Program-made: the position numbers and the translations under genes
Notes under the pieces: generated by a model
Told to the model about the DNA's origin: nothing
Database searches by the model: none
Seen by the model: the letters and a program-made list of their open reading frames with translations, nothing else
Assembly (NCBI GenBank): GCA_963717505.1
Contig: OY970342.1
Span: 704,001-768,000 of the forward strand
Direction: 5' to 3'
Length of the DNA stretch: 64,000 nt
Source: Candidatus Eiseniibacteriota bacterium
GTDB taxonomy: Bacteria > Eisenbacteria > RBG-16-71-46
Shown: positions 36,198-45,548 of the stretch, one piece after another
How positions within the stretch are numbered: the stretch's first letter is position 1
Layout of the letters: every line of letters begins with the position of its first letter

Positions 36198-39100
36198 TTA
36201 CTCCGCGACGATCTGAACCAATGCCGGCGGGGAGATCCCTTGTTGTTGGGCCGCCTTCGCCACCTTGACCGGGACGATTTTGGCGAATGCCTCGTGAAAG
36301 CGCCAGCGCTTCCACTCGCCCTCGAGCCGGACGGTCACATGCTCGCCCTCGATCCGAATCGGGAGCCCGCGGCGGAGGGCCTCGGCGGCGACGAACGGGC
36401 CCAGGTCCCGCGTCCACTCCTCGGGGGTGATCGCCGACAGGACATTGCCCGCGTATTGCGCGGGATCGAGCCGAACCAGGGGATCGAACACGAACACGCG
36501 GCCGGCCGCCGCCCCGGACATGAAGAACTTTCCGGAATAGGGCCGCGGCTTGAGCGAAAGCTCGCCGCGGCCGTCGGGCTTGCGCAGGCCCATGACCACG
36601 TGCAGCGAGTTGTCGCCGCCCGCCATCAGGTACTCGAACGCGTACTCGTTGGGCGTGCCGAAGTGGATCGACTTGAAGCCGGGCGCCGGCGTGCGCCCGT
36701 CCTCGAGCAGGACCTTGTTCTGCCCGGCCACTGCGAACCGCGAGCCCGAATCCCAGACGTTGATCGTTCCGCCGTGCGCGGCGTACATGCAGGTGTTGAG
36801 CGAGTCCTGGAGCACGAACAGGTAGCCGGAATCGGCCTTGAAGCCGAGATGGCTCTGACCCTGGCCGAACACATAGACGCGCGCGCCTTCGAGCAGGGCG
36901 CCGATGAAGTCGCCGAATTCGCGGCCGTACAGTTCGAGCGTGACCCCGCGCGCGGCCGTGCCGTCGGGCTGTGCCAGGTTGGTGCCGACGTAGCGCGGAC
37001 CGCCGATGAATCCGTACCCGACGATATTGCGCCACCCCAGTCGCACGGCCTCCGACGTGATGCGCGACGCCGAGTCGAGCCAGAACGACTCGCTGCGAAA
37101 GCCGGCATAGTCGACGACCAGGACATCGCGCAGCGGATCGCGGGGCGCGGCCAGGTCGTCTCGGGTTTCGAGCGTGAGCCGCGCCCACCGGCCGGTCGGC
37201 GACGGCGCCGCCAACGCTTCGTGAATCGGCGCGACCTGATCGAGCAGCCGCACGACGCCGCCTTCAGGCGAGCGGTCGCCGGCACGACCGCCGTCGGTCA
37301 GGTACTCCATGCTCGACAGCGACTTGCCACCGAGGTCGGTGAGCGCGAGCCGCGTGCGGAGTGTGGCGAGCACGCGCAGGACCAACGCCGTGCTCGTGTC
37401 GGAACCTTGCGCCCACTCCGGCAGCGCGTGCTCGACCAGATAGCGGTAGTCCTCGAAATTCAGCGTGCGCTGGCGATCGAGGGTACCGATCACCAGATCG
37501 CGCGCAGCACCGGTCAGCTCCTGATCGGGCCCCCAGGGCCGCGACGCCGGTGCCGCACCCGATTCGACCGCACGCACCTCGGCGGTCATACCCTCGAGCC
37601 AGCGCAGGACCAGGCTCTTCCACTCCGCCGACGCGCGGCCGACCGCCTGCTCGAGCACCACTTCGAAATCCACCTTGGCGCCGCCGCGCTCGACCTCGAT
37701 CGGCTCCCCGAACCGGTTGGTCAGGTCCATGCCCTGGGATCCCGGAGCCGTGAACGCCTCGAACACGCCGCCGAAGTCGCGTCGCTTGGGCGTGCCGCCG
37801 GGACGCATGTTGAAGCGCAGGTCGTGGCCACCGTCGTGGAGCACACCCTGGGCGTGCAGCGTGCGCAGCATGGCGTCGGCGATCTTGGCTTCGCTGCCGT
37901 TGGCCACGGCGTGGACTCCGCCCGGCGTGGTGTCGCGACTGACCACGATCTCGTGCGGGCGCAGGAACTTGATGTCCATGTTCTCGCGGAAGCCGACGAC
38001 CCGGAGCGGCCCGGACGCGGTCCAGCGCCGGCGCGACTCGACGATCGTGAACTTGTACGGGCCGGTCGGCGTCAGCTGGACGTAGTTGGTCATCAGCAGC
38101 GTGAACTTGCGCCGTCGTTCATCGTCCATGTTGGCCAGATCGAAGCCGGTGATCGGCGAAATGATCTGGCTCGCCTCTTCGGTCGACAGACCCAGCACGC
38201 GCCGCGTGAAGTCCACGAGATAGGCGGCGTACTCGGTGTCGGTCAGCGCCTTGCGCTCGTACACCGAGTCGCCGTGGTAGTCGGCGTGGCCCTCGCCCAT
38301 CGTCGGGTCGGCGTGGACGTAGCCGAACTCCATGAGGAACGGGGCGGTCGAGTCGACGGCCACCTGCTCGCCGTTGTGCATGAGCAGGACGTTGTACGCC
38401 TTGAACGGATGGGCGCCCGCGGGATTCCCGCGGCCTTCGGCGTCGATCGCCGGCGAGTTGGTCGGATAGCGGTGGTGCATACCCCAGACGTGCGCGTGGA
38501 GCGCCGGCGTGCGGGACGTTCGCCCTTTGAGCGTGACCGGCAGGCCGCCGGGCGCACCCGGGTATGCGATCCAGAAGCGGTCGAAGTCGAAGTACTCGGG
38601 AATCGTGTGCGTCCAGCCCGAGATCTTGATCGCGCCGAGATCCTCGCCCATCGAGACCACGAAGCCCCGGCGTTTGGCGGCGTACTTGCCCGCCGGTGGA
38701 TGCGATCCCGCCGGCGCGTGGGTCCGGTAGTAGCGCGAGTCCAGCAGGTGCGCGAGTGCGGTGAAGTACTCCTCGCGCACGTCAGCGACGAACCGATCCA
38801 GGCGCTCGAGATTGGCGTCCCCGGGGGGCGCCGGCCGGTCCGGATGGTCGAGCGCATGGGCGAGCGCGAAGTCGGAGAGATCCCCGTAGAGCGTCCGACG
38901 CTGGAGCCAGTGCTCGCTCGCGATCAATTGCCGGCCGTAACGCTGGAGCACCTCGAGCCGAAGCTCGACGAACAGTAGATGGAAGTCGCCCGGGTTCTCG
39001 CGCAGCTCGGCCAGACGCCAGCCGTCGTCCTTCTGGTACTGCGGCCGCACCGGCACCTTGAATTCCGGCAGACGCGCCAGGACCTGATCGAGCGGCAGCT

Positions 39101-42100
39101 CGGCGCCTGCGGCGTCGAAGAACCGGCAACCGGCGAAATGCCCGACCATCTGGCGGATGGTGTCCGCGCGATCGGGTCCGATGGTGTTGACGATCACGCA
39201 GGTCTTCTCGCGCACCGGTTCCGGCGCGAAGCCTGCGAAATCGATGCCGCCGCCGCGGTTGTTGCCGCCATTGAAGCTGAGCCGCGCCGACTCCCAGATC
39301 GCGTGCACGGTCACCGGCTCGGACACCGCCAGCGACCCGACGCGGCACGAATCCCGCTCGACCGTGACCGGGTCCACGGCCGGAGCCGGGCGCGACATCC
39401 GGGCCGGCACGCCGTCGGCGGCCGCGGCGTCGAGCGCACGCAGCGAACCTGCCGGTCCCGCGTGCTTCGGCATCACCAGCAGGTCGGTGCGGCCGCGCAG
39501 TTTGCGAATGTCGTCCAGCAGGCGGTCGGCGTGAACCACCCGGCCCTGCGCGTCGAGCGCGCCGCTCTCACGATTGAACGCGTCGAGCAGCACCGCCAGC
39601 TTGACCAGGTTCATCACCGTCCAATTGCGGAACCGCCGGCGCATCAGATCGCGGTCGTTCTGGATCGTCAGCTCGGGCTTGGTCGTGATGCCGCCGCGCG
39701 GGCAGTCGAGGTGACAATTGCCGCACTGATTGCAGCCGAAGGCCACGGCCTTGCCGATGCTGGCTTCGACCAGCGCGTCGGCGCCGGCGATCAGCACCTT
39801 GATCATGTCCAGCTCGCCGCGCAGCCCGCCCGACGCCAGGAGCCGCGTGCCACCGCCCGCGCCGAACGGAACGCCATTCAGGTCGCGGATCGACTTCAGC
39901 TCGCCGCTGCCGGCCAGGTCGACCTTCTCGCCGACCAGGGCATGATGCGTGTGCAGGATGGTGCGGAAGATGTCGGGCCACCCGACGTGTGAGCTGTCGG
40001 CGTGGTAGTTGCCGGAACCGCCGAGCCCGGAGTCGACCAGCAGGTAGTCGACCACGAAGTTGGACCACATGCCGGCGGCGACGTAGCGCGTGTAGTTGGA
40101 GCCGGTGATCTTGATGCCGCAATGGTTGTGGTAGAGCAGCCACAACCAGACTTCGGCCGGCATGTCCTCGATCGAATAGATGTCGTGCTTGGGATCGGGC
40201 GAGAGCGCGTCGGTGCCGATCGGAATGTTGCGCGCCTTGCTCACCGTGCTGGTGACTTTGGCTCCGGACAGACGCCCGCCCTTGCCCGGCTTGGCGCCCT
40301 GATTGATCTTGATCTCGACGTCGCGCACGCGGCGCAAGTCGGCGGCGTGCATGCCGAAGTGTCCGCTCGCCGCCTGCATGCTCTCCCAGGCCATCGCTTC
40401 GGGCGCGAGCCGAATCGGTCCGCCTTCGCCCGACGAGGTCATGGTCAGTCCGGTGTTGCCCTCGATGCGCGCGATCAGGAAATCCTCGGACGCCGCCCCC
40501 AGCGAAATGCTGGCGTGACACACCGGGCCGTGCCAGATGGGCTCTCGGAAGCCGAAGCCGGAGAGCACCAGGCCGCCGCGCGGCTCGCGCCGCAGCGTGA
40601 CCAACCCGTCCTTCGAGGCGCGCGCGACCGTGACCCCGTGCCCGCCGTGCCCGCGCGCCGAAAGTTCCGTCGAGCGCTCGGCGCCCTCGACATCGCGGGC
40701 GATCATCCATAGCGATTCGCCGCCGTTCAGCACGTTTTCGAGCGCATGGCCCGCCGCGATCTGGACTTCAAAACCTCCGGTGCGATCGGCGGTGAAACTC
40801 AGCAGAGCCGGACCGTCGGCGCGGCCCCGCAACTCGACCGTGGCGCCGGAGGCCACGGCTCCCGGCCGCTGGAATCCACGCGGCACCGCCATCGACACGT
40901 AATCGAGCAGCTTGGGATCGCGCGCCAGACGCGCCAGCGACCACTCGAGCGATTCGCGGGACAGCTTGATGCCGATCCCGTCGAGCGACATCGCGCCCAT
41001 GTCGCTGTCGATCAGGAAGTCGCCGGCCTCGGGCATCTGGCCGGCGGCCATGCGGTAGATGACCTCGAGGAAGTCCGCGCTCAGATTGCGATTCGTGTTC
41101 TCCAAATGGAAGTTGGCGTTGTCGTGGGCCAGGATCTTCGCGGCGGCGACCAGCGGCAGATCCGGGCGGCGCTCGCCGAGTAACGACGAGACTTTGAACC
41201 GCTCTCGCATGGCACTCGGCACCGGCTCGGCGGCGATGCGTGCCGCGTTCAACCCGGCGTTCAGGCCTCCGAACTCGGGCGTCGCCAGGGCGTCGACTTC
41301 GCGAATCCAGTCCTCGGTCATGGTGATCGCCATGGTGTTGCCGGAGGTCTTCTGGATGTCGTCGATCCCCATGCACGACAGGAAGTCGAGGATGCTGTGT
41401 TGCCAGCAAGTCAGCGTGTTAACCGCCAGCTCGCGCAGCTCGGGCAGACCGACCCCGCGCAAGGCGGTGCGCGCCACTTCGAGATTCGCGCCGTGGTGAA
41501 CCTCGATCAGCTCGGGCAGGAGCGCGATCTCGGCGACGTGGGTCATGGCCCCGCCGTTGGCGCCAAGCAGGACCGCCTCGTACACCGTGGCCGCCGAAGC
41601 CTGGGTGTCGGTATCGCCACCGGCCGATACCAGCTGGACGCGCGCCCTGAGAAACCGGGCCTTGAGGAACGCGTCGATGCGCGGGATCAGCCGATACGAC
41701 TTCTCGCGCCCCGAGTGAATGTGCAGCATGGCCACACCGTCCAGGCGCGCCGTGGTCTCGAGCGCCGGCCAGAATTCGGGATTCGCCGCGTCGTAACGCA
41801 TGAAGACCGACACCAGGAGTCCGGCATTCCGCTCGATCAGGGCGGCGACGTGGCGGGCGACGTCCTTGCTCCACGCGATCTCGACGATGCGCGACGCGGT
41901 CACCCATTCGCGCAGGGTTGCCGCCGCCTCCCCCGAGCCCGAGCTCAGTGCGTCCACGTGTCGCGGCTCGAGGCGAGGCATGACGTGCGTGGCATTCGGG
42001 CGCAGGGCTGCCGCGTGCTCCACGCAGCGGTCCGCCTCGATCACGACCAGCGAGCGTGTCTGCAGATCCGCCGCCGGGTTCGCGGCGGCGATCGCCTCGA

Positions 42101-42719
42101 GATAACCGCGCTCGAGCGAGATGTCGACCTTGAACGGCAGCGGTCCGACGATCATCGGCATGTCCAGACGAATCGCACGAACCGGAATGCTCGTCCGACC
42201 CTTGGCCGTGCGGAACAGGACCGCCGGATGCCGACGGGCGATGTCCCACGCGGTCGAGAATTCCTCGCGTAGACCGTCGTTCGCGGGGTGGGTGATCGCC
42301 GCGTGCGAGAAGTACGAGCGCCAGAAGCCATGGTGCCAGGCGGCGCCAATCGTCAGCGGCTCGTGACGGTGGCGTTCCTTGAGCACCTTGTCGAGATCGA
42401 ACGCGGTGATCTCGAGCTGCGGGATCTCGCGCGAGACCCGGGAGAAGTGCGAAAGGAAGAGCCGGCCGCGCCGGCCGCGCCCCAGACGCCAGAACGAGGC
42501 TTCGTCGACCCCGGCTCGCTCGAGCAGGAACGACAGCATGCGCCGCCCGCGATCGCGATCGCGCACGGCCGCGCTGTCAGGATCGACCACCAGCGTGAGC
42601 AGGTCCTCCCACATCGCGATCTGCCGGTGGAACGAACCCGGACGATCCGCCGGATCGGTCGACGGTGCCGGCCCGTGCGACGGTGCTCCGGGCGCGGGGC
42701 GTTCGAGGGTCGCGCTCAT
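36198..42719 (-). CDS. gltB: Glutamate synthase-like polyprotein, 2173 aa, with rearranged domain order (degenerate barrel, FMN, GATase-II, GXGXG)
   Basis: FMN domain (SSGEGG, QAASGHFG, EIKINQGAKPGKGG, SPDPKHDIYSIED, ASGGLR, GRTDLL); GATase-II (ERDSC, HHRYPTN, AHPF, HNGE, TDTE); C-terminal GXGXG-type region. ATGA overlap with the upstream gene and GGAG RBS. Confidence 0.85.
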   Translation of the reverse strand: MSATLERPAPGAPSHGPAPSTDPADRPGSFHRQIAMWEDLLTLVVDPDSAAVRDRDRGRRMLSFLLERAGVDEASFWRLGRGRRGRLFLSHFSRVSREIPQLEITAFDLDKVLKERHRHEPLTIGAAWHHGFWRSYFSHAAITHPANDGLREEFSTAWDIARRHPAVLFRTAKGRTSIPVRAIRLDMPMIVGPLPFKVDISLERGYLEAIAAANPAADLQTRSLVVIEADRCVEHAAALRPNATHVMPRLEPRHVDALSSGSGEAAATLREWVTASRIVEIAWSKDVARHVAALIERNAGLLVSVFMRYDAANPEFWPALETTARLDGVAMLHIHSGREKSYRLIPRIDAFLKARFLRARVQLVSAGGDTDTQASAATVYEAVLLGANGGAMTHVAEIALLPELIEVHHGANLEVARTALRGVGLPELRELAVNTLTCWQHSILDFLSCMGIDDIQKTSGNTMAITMTEDWIREVDALATPEFGGLNAGLNAARIAAEPVPSAMRERFKVSSLLGERRPDLPLVAAAKILAHDNANFHLENTNRNLSADFLEVIYRMAAGQMPEAGDFLIDSDMGAMSLDGIGIKLSRESLEWSLARLARDPKLLDYVSMAVPRGFQRPGAVASGATVELRGRADGPALLSFTADRTGGFEVQIAAGHALENVLNGGESLWMIARDVEGAERSTELSARGHGGHGVTVARASKDGLVTLRREPRGGLVLSGFGFREPIWHGPVCHASISLGAASEDFLIARIEGNTGLTMTSSGEGGPIRLAPEAMAWESMQAASGHFGMHAADLRRVRDVEIKINQGAKPGKGGRLSGAKVTSTVSKARNIPIGTDALSPDPKHDIYSIEDMPAEVWLWLLYHNHCGIKITGSNYTRYVAAGMWSNFVVDYLLVDSGLGGSGNYHADSSHVGWPDIFRTILHTHHALVGEKVDLAGSGELKSIRDLNGVPFGAGGGTRLLASGGLRGELDMIKVLIAGADALVEASIGKAVAFGCNQCGNCHLDCPRGGITTKPELTIQNDRDLMRRRFRNWTVMNLVKLAVLLDAFNRESGALDAQGRVVHADRLLDDIRKLRGRTDLLVMPKHAGPAGSLRALDAAAADGVPARMSRPAPAVDPVTVERDSCRVGSLAVSEPVTVHAIWESARLSFNGGNNRGGGIDFAGFAPEPVREKTCVIVNTIGPDRADTIRQMVGHFAGCRFFDAAGAELPLDQVLARLPEFKVPVRPQYQKDDGWRLAELRENPGDFHLLFVELRLEVLQRYGRQLIASEHWLQRRTLYGDLSDFALAHALDHPDRPAPPGDANLERLDRFVADVREEYFTALAHLLDSRYYRTHAPAGSHPPAGKYAAKRRGFVVSMGEDLGAIKISGWTHTIPEYFDFDRFWIAYPGAPGGLPVTLKGRTSRTPALHAHVWGMHHRYPTNSPAIDAEGRGNPAGAHPFKAYNVLLMHNGEQVAVDSTAPFLMEFGYVHADPTMGEGHADYHGDSVYERKALTDTEYAAYLVDFTRRVLGLSTEEASQIISPITGFDLANMDDERRRKFTLLMTNYVQLTPTGPYKFTIVESRRRWTASGPLRVVGFRENMDIKFLRPHEIVVSRDTTPGGVHAVANGSEAKIADAMLRTLHAQGVLHDGGHDLRFNMRPGGTPKRRDFGGVFEAFTAPGSQGMDLTNRFGEPIEVERGGAKVDFEVVLEQAVGRASAEWKSLVLRWLEGMTAEVRAVESGAAPASRPWGPDQELTGAARDLVIGTLDRQRTLNFEDYRYLVEHALPEWAQGSDTSTALVLRVLATLRTRLALTDLGGKSLSSMEYLTDGGRAGDRSPEGGVVRLLDQVAPIHEALAAPSPTGRWARLTLETRDDLAAPRDPLRDVLVVDYAGFRSESFWLDSASRITSEAVRLGWRNIVGYGFIGGPRYVGTNLAQPDGTAARGVTLELYGREFGDFIGALLEGARVYVFGQGQSHLGFKADSGYLFVLQDSLNTCMYAAHGGTINVWDSGSRFAVAGQNKVLLEDGRTPAPGFKSIHFGTPNEYAFEYLMAGGDNSLHVVMGLRKPDGRGELSLKPRPYSGKFFMSGAAAGRVFVFDPLVRLDPAQYAGNVLSAITPEEWTRDLGPFVAAEALRRGLPIRIEGEHVTVRLEGEWKRWRFHEAFAKIVPVKVAKAAQQQGISPPALVQIVAE

Positions 42720-45406
42720 CGCCGCTCCGCCGTCTCGAACGAATCGAGCGCCACGAACCAGGCCGGTGTCGGCGCTTCCATGACGCGCAGCGTCCGCCCG
42801 CCGTTCTGGTGGTTGTTCGGGCAAACCTCGACGCACGACCCGCAGCCAATGCACCGTTCCTGAGCGGTCTGGATCCACCGAGGATCCGCGCCCTCGAACT
42901 CGCGATTGGCGCTGGTGGGACAGACGGCGACACAAGCGCCGCAGTGGATGCAGGTGTCGGCCGGGCCGGCGTCGTTCTCGGAGCGCAAGACCAGGAAGCG
43001 CGGCACCCCCGGGAGTGCTGCCGGACTCCGTTTGATGTAGCCGCCCGGGCGCACGCCCAGGAAGTCGCGCGTGTATCCGGCCGAGCCCCGCACTGCCGCG
43101 ACCACGGCCGCGTGCCGGTTGCGGTCGTACGGACGCACGCGATTCGAAGCTGCTTGCATCTGGTCGTACATCGGCAGATGCGGAATGCCCGCCTGGCAGA
43201 CTTGCTCGCAATTGCCGCAGCGCATGCACAGGTCGAGCAGCGTGCTGCCGGTCGCCGGCACCGCGACGCCGCCGCGCATGGCTTCGCCGATGTGCGTGAG
43301 CATCTGGGGCAGGCGGATCTTCGATTCGTGGAAGATCGGGCAGACTGTGTTGCACTCGCCGCAGTTGACGCAGTGCAGCGCTCGATCCTCGGGCGTCTGG
43401 GCCGGTGATCCGGCCGGTGCGCCCGGGGCGATCGACAACAGCAGTGACTTCCCGCCACCTCCGGCCATCGGCGCCGGCGCGCGGAAGTCGGCGCCAACTA
43501 CCGCGGGTCCGCCACGCCCGCGGGCCGGGCCCGGGAGCACGCTCATTAGTCCGCGCACCGATTTCACCAGCCCGGAGAGCGCGGACTGAGCGTAGATCGC
43601 GCGCAGCAAGGAAACGCCGGGCGAGAAGGTCGATGCGACGACGGCGCCCAACGGCCCTTTGAGGCTCATGTCGACCAGCACGCCGCGATTCACGATGGCG
43701 TGGGGGTCGAGCGATCGCTTCGCCGCGCGGATCAATGCCGCGGGTCCGCGCCCGACCTTGGCGTCGAGCCACGCAGCCTGCCAGCGACCGAGCACGTACG
43801 GCTTGCCCTGGTGATGGTGCATCGCGAGGTCGACCAGCGTCGGCGCGATCATCAGGTCGGCGCCAAATGCACCCGAGCGATGGTCGGTGAGGTAGCCGGC
43901 GATGACCAGCGTCGATCCGTCGTGGACGTAGTAGACCTCGGCGTCCACCTCGCGTCCGACGTTGCGCGCGAGTTGGGCGGCGCGCGGAAGAAAACGCGGC
44001 ACCTCCGCCGCCGGCATCAGGATCTCCGCTGCGAGCAAACCGGGGCCGAGCCGCTTGGTCTGCATCGGCTTGAATCGCTCGGCGGCGAACCGAACGCTCT
44101 CTTCGCCGAGCAGCGCCGGCTGCCCTGGGCATGTCGGCAGCGCCGCGCCGAACGCCCGCGCCGCGGCTTGGTCCATGAAGTCGACGAACAAGTAAGCGCC
44201 GGCGTGATCGAGATCCGGGGCGGTCGCAGGCCCCAGCTCGCGCGGGCCGGTGATCGAGCGCCACGGCAACGACGCATCGCCCGAGAGAGCACCCAGGTGC
44301 TGGCGCCAGGTGCGCGCGTCCTCGTCGGCCCATACCGCACGCACGTGGTGCATGTGCGATCCGCTGAAGAACTTGATGTTGGCCGGTTTCTCCCCGGGCA
44401 ATTGGGTCACCCACTCCGCGGCGGCGAGGGCGTCTTGCTCACGCGCGAACGACAGGAGGAATGGATAGAGCGCCGGCCGCGGCTCGATGCGTACGGTGAG
44501 TCTCAGCAGCACGCCGTAGATGCCTTCACTGCCCGCGAGATCGTCGAGCGTCATGGGCTCGCAGCCTCGGTCGCGGAACCACGCGGCGACTTCGTGCCCG
44601 GCGAGAGTCCGGTGCGAGTGGCCTTCGACTACGTCGAATCGGCCGTCGTCGTGGAAGCGAACCTGGTCGCCCGAAGGCAGCAGCAGGTCAGCAGCGCGAA
44701 CGCTGTCCAGCGCGCGCCCACGCCCGTAGGCGTTGAGCCCGACACCGCCGGTCAGGAACCAGCCCGCGAGCGTGCCCCCCAGGTTCGAGGGATAGACGCC
44801 GAGCGCGAATCCCTGCTCGCCGAGTTGCTTGTGGATCGTGCGCATGCGCGCGCCGGCTCCGATGATGCAAACGCCAGCGGACGGATTGACCTCGATCCCG
44901 TCGAGACGCGACAGGTCGAGCGTCAGTCCTCCGTCGCTCGGCACCGAGCCGCCCATCGCGGTCGAAGCCGCTCCGCGCAGGGTGACCGGCACGCCCAGGT
45001 TGCGCGCCCAGCGCAGTGCCGCCTGGGTCTCGGGCGTGGTCACCGGCTGGAAGATCAGGTCCGGGACCGCGCGCGTCAGGCGTCGCGTGAACAGTCCCCC
45101 GAGGTAGACGTTCTGATCGCGGTCCGCCTCGCCACGCAGGAGTCCGTCAGTGACGATCCGCTCGCGCAGGGTTCTTGCTGATCCCGCGGCATCGGGCAGG
45201 TCGGCCAGGGCCTCGTGCAGCAGGCGCGCCAGCTCGCGCGTGCGCAGCGGCTCGGTGCGGTCGGCGTACGCCCGACCCTCGTCGAAGAAGAAGTTGAGGT
45301 CGGGGATCGAAGCGCGGACGACGGGGGCGCGCTGCTCGGGCGGAAGCGCGGCAAACGCCTCCGGCGACTGCCCTAAATGTCGATCGAGGAACGAGGCTTC
45401 GGACAT
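42716..45406 (-). CDS. FAD-binding (PCMH/VAO-type) oxidoreductase fused to four [4Fe-4S] motifs
   Basis: PDLIFQP, PVTLRGAASTAMGG, GTLAGW, GSEGIYG, KRSLDPHAIVN; CVNCGECNTVCP, CMRCGNCEQVC, CIHCGACVAVCP, CIGCGSCVEVCP. Start uncertain (45406 or 45478). Confidence 0.9.
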   Translation of the reverse strand: MSEASFLDRHLGQSPEAFAALPPEQRAPVVRASIPDLNFFFDEGRAYADRTEPLRTRELARLLHEALADLPDAAGSARTLRERIVTDGLLRGEADRDQNVYLGGLFTRRLTRAVPDLIFQPVTTPETQAALRWARNLGVPVTLRGAASTAMGGSVPSDGGLTLDLSRLDGIEVNPSAGVCIIGAGARMRTIHKQLGEQGFALGVYPSNLGGTLAGWFLTGGVGLNAYGRGRALDSVRAADLLLPSGDQVRFHDDGRFDVVEGHSHRTLAGHEVAAWFRDRGCEPMTLDDLAGSEGIYGVLLRLTVRIEPRPALYPFLLSFAREQDALAAAEWVTQLPGEKPANIKFFSGSHMHHVRAVWADEDARTWRQHLGALSGDASLPWRSITGPRELGPATAPDLDHAGAYLFVDFMDQAAARAFGAALPTCPGQPALLGEESVRFAAERFKPMQTKRLGPGLLAAEILMPAAEVPRFLPRAAQLARNVGREVDAEVYYVHDGSTLVIAGYLTDHRSGAFGADLMIAPTLVDLAMHHHQGKPYVLGRWQAAWLDAKVGRGPAALIRAAKRSLDPHAIVNRGVLVDMSLKGPLGAVVASTFSPGVSLLRAIYAQSALSGLVKSVRGLMSVLPGPARGRGGPAVVGADFRAPAPMAGGGGKSLLLSIAPGAPAGSPAQTPEDRALHCVNCGECNTVCPIFHESKIRLPQMLTHIGEAMRGGVAVPATGSTLLDLCMRCGNCEQVCQAGIPHLPMYDQMQAASNRVRPYDRNRHAAVVAAVRGSAGYTRDFLGVRPGGYIKRSPAALPGVPRFLVLRSENDAGPADTCIHCGACVAVCPTSANREFEGADPRWIQTAQERCIGCGSCVEVCPNNHQNGGRTLRVMEAPTPAWFVALDSFETAERR

Positions 45407-45480
45407 CCCGCGCGTGGGGAATGCGTGCAGCGCTCGGCGGCGTCGGGCCCCGCTCGCGCTGCCCGCGGACCATGGCACTG

Positions 45481-45504
45481 CCCGCGTAAAGCGGGACTAT
45501 AGCA
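45481..45504 (-). promoter_or_regulatory. Putative extended -10 promoter with adjacent short palindrome, upstream of the FAD/GltB-like operon
   Basis: Minus strand reads TGCTATAGT (45504-45496) then CCCGC-TTTAC-GCGGG (45495-45481). Confidence 0.5.
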
Positions 45505-45548
45505 GAGGGTTCGGCAGCCGGTCACGGCGGCCAAGCGAGGACAGCGGC

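Noticed and set aside
36193-37188. N-terminal extension of the DUF748 ORF (1324 aa)
   Set aside because: Shadow frame overlapping the GltB-like 3' end; the TM anchor begins at GTG 36192.
42720-44414. 565-aa N-terminal extension of the 2738-aa ORF
   Set aside because: Arg/Ala/Pro-rich alternative-frame shadow over the FAD/Fe-S gene; the likely start is ATG 42719, with an RBS and ATGA overlap.
17129-45181. Many long antisense or alternative-frame ORFs (e.g. 17129-19879, 33208-34893, 36240-38978, 43700-45181)
   Set aside because: Expected in high-GC DNA with few stop codons; no recognisable motifs, and they overlap well-supported genes.
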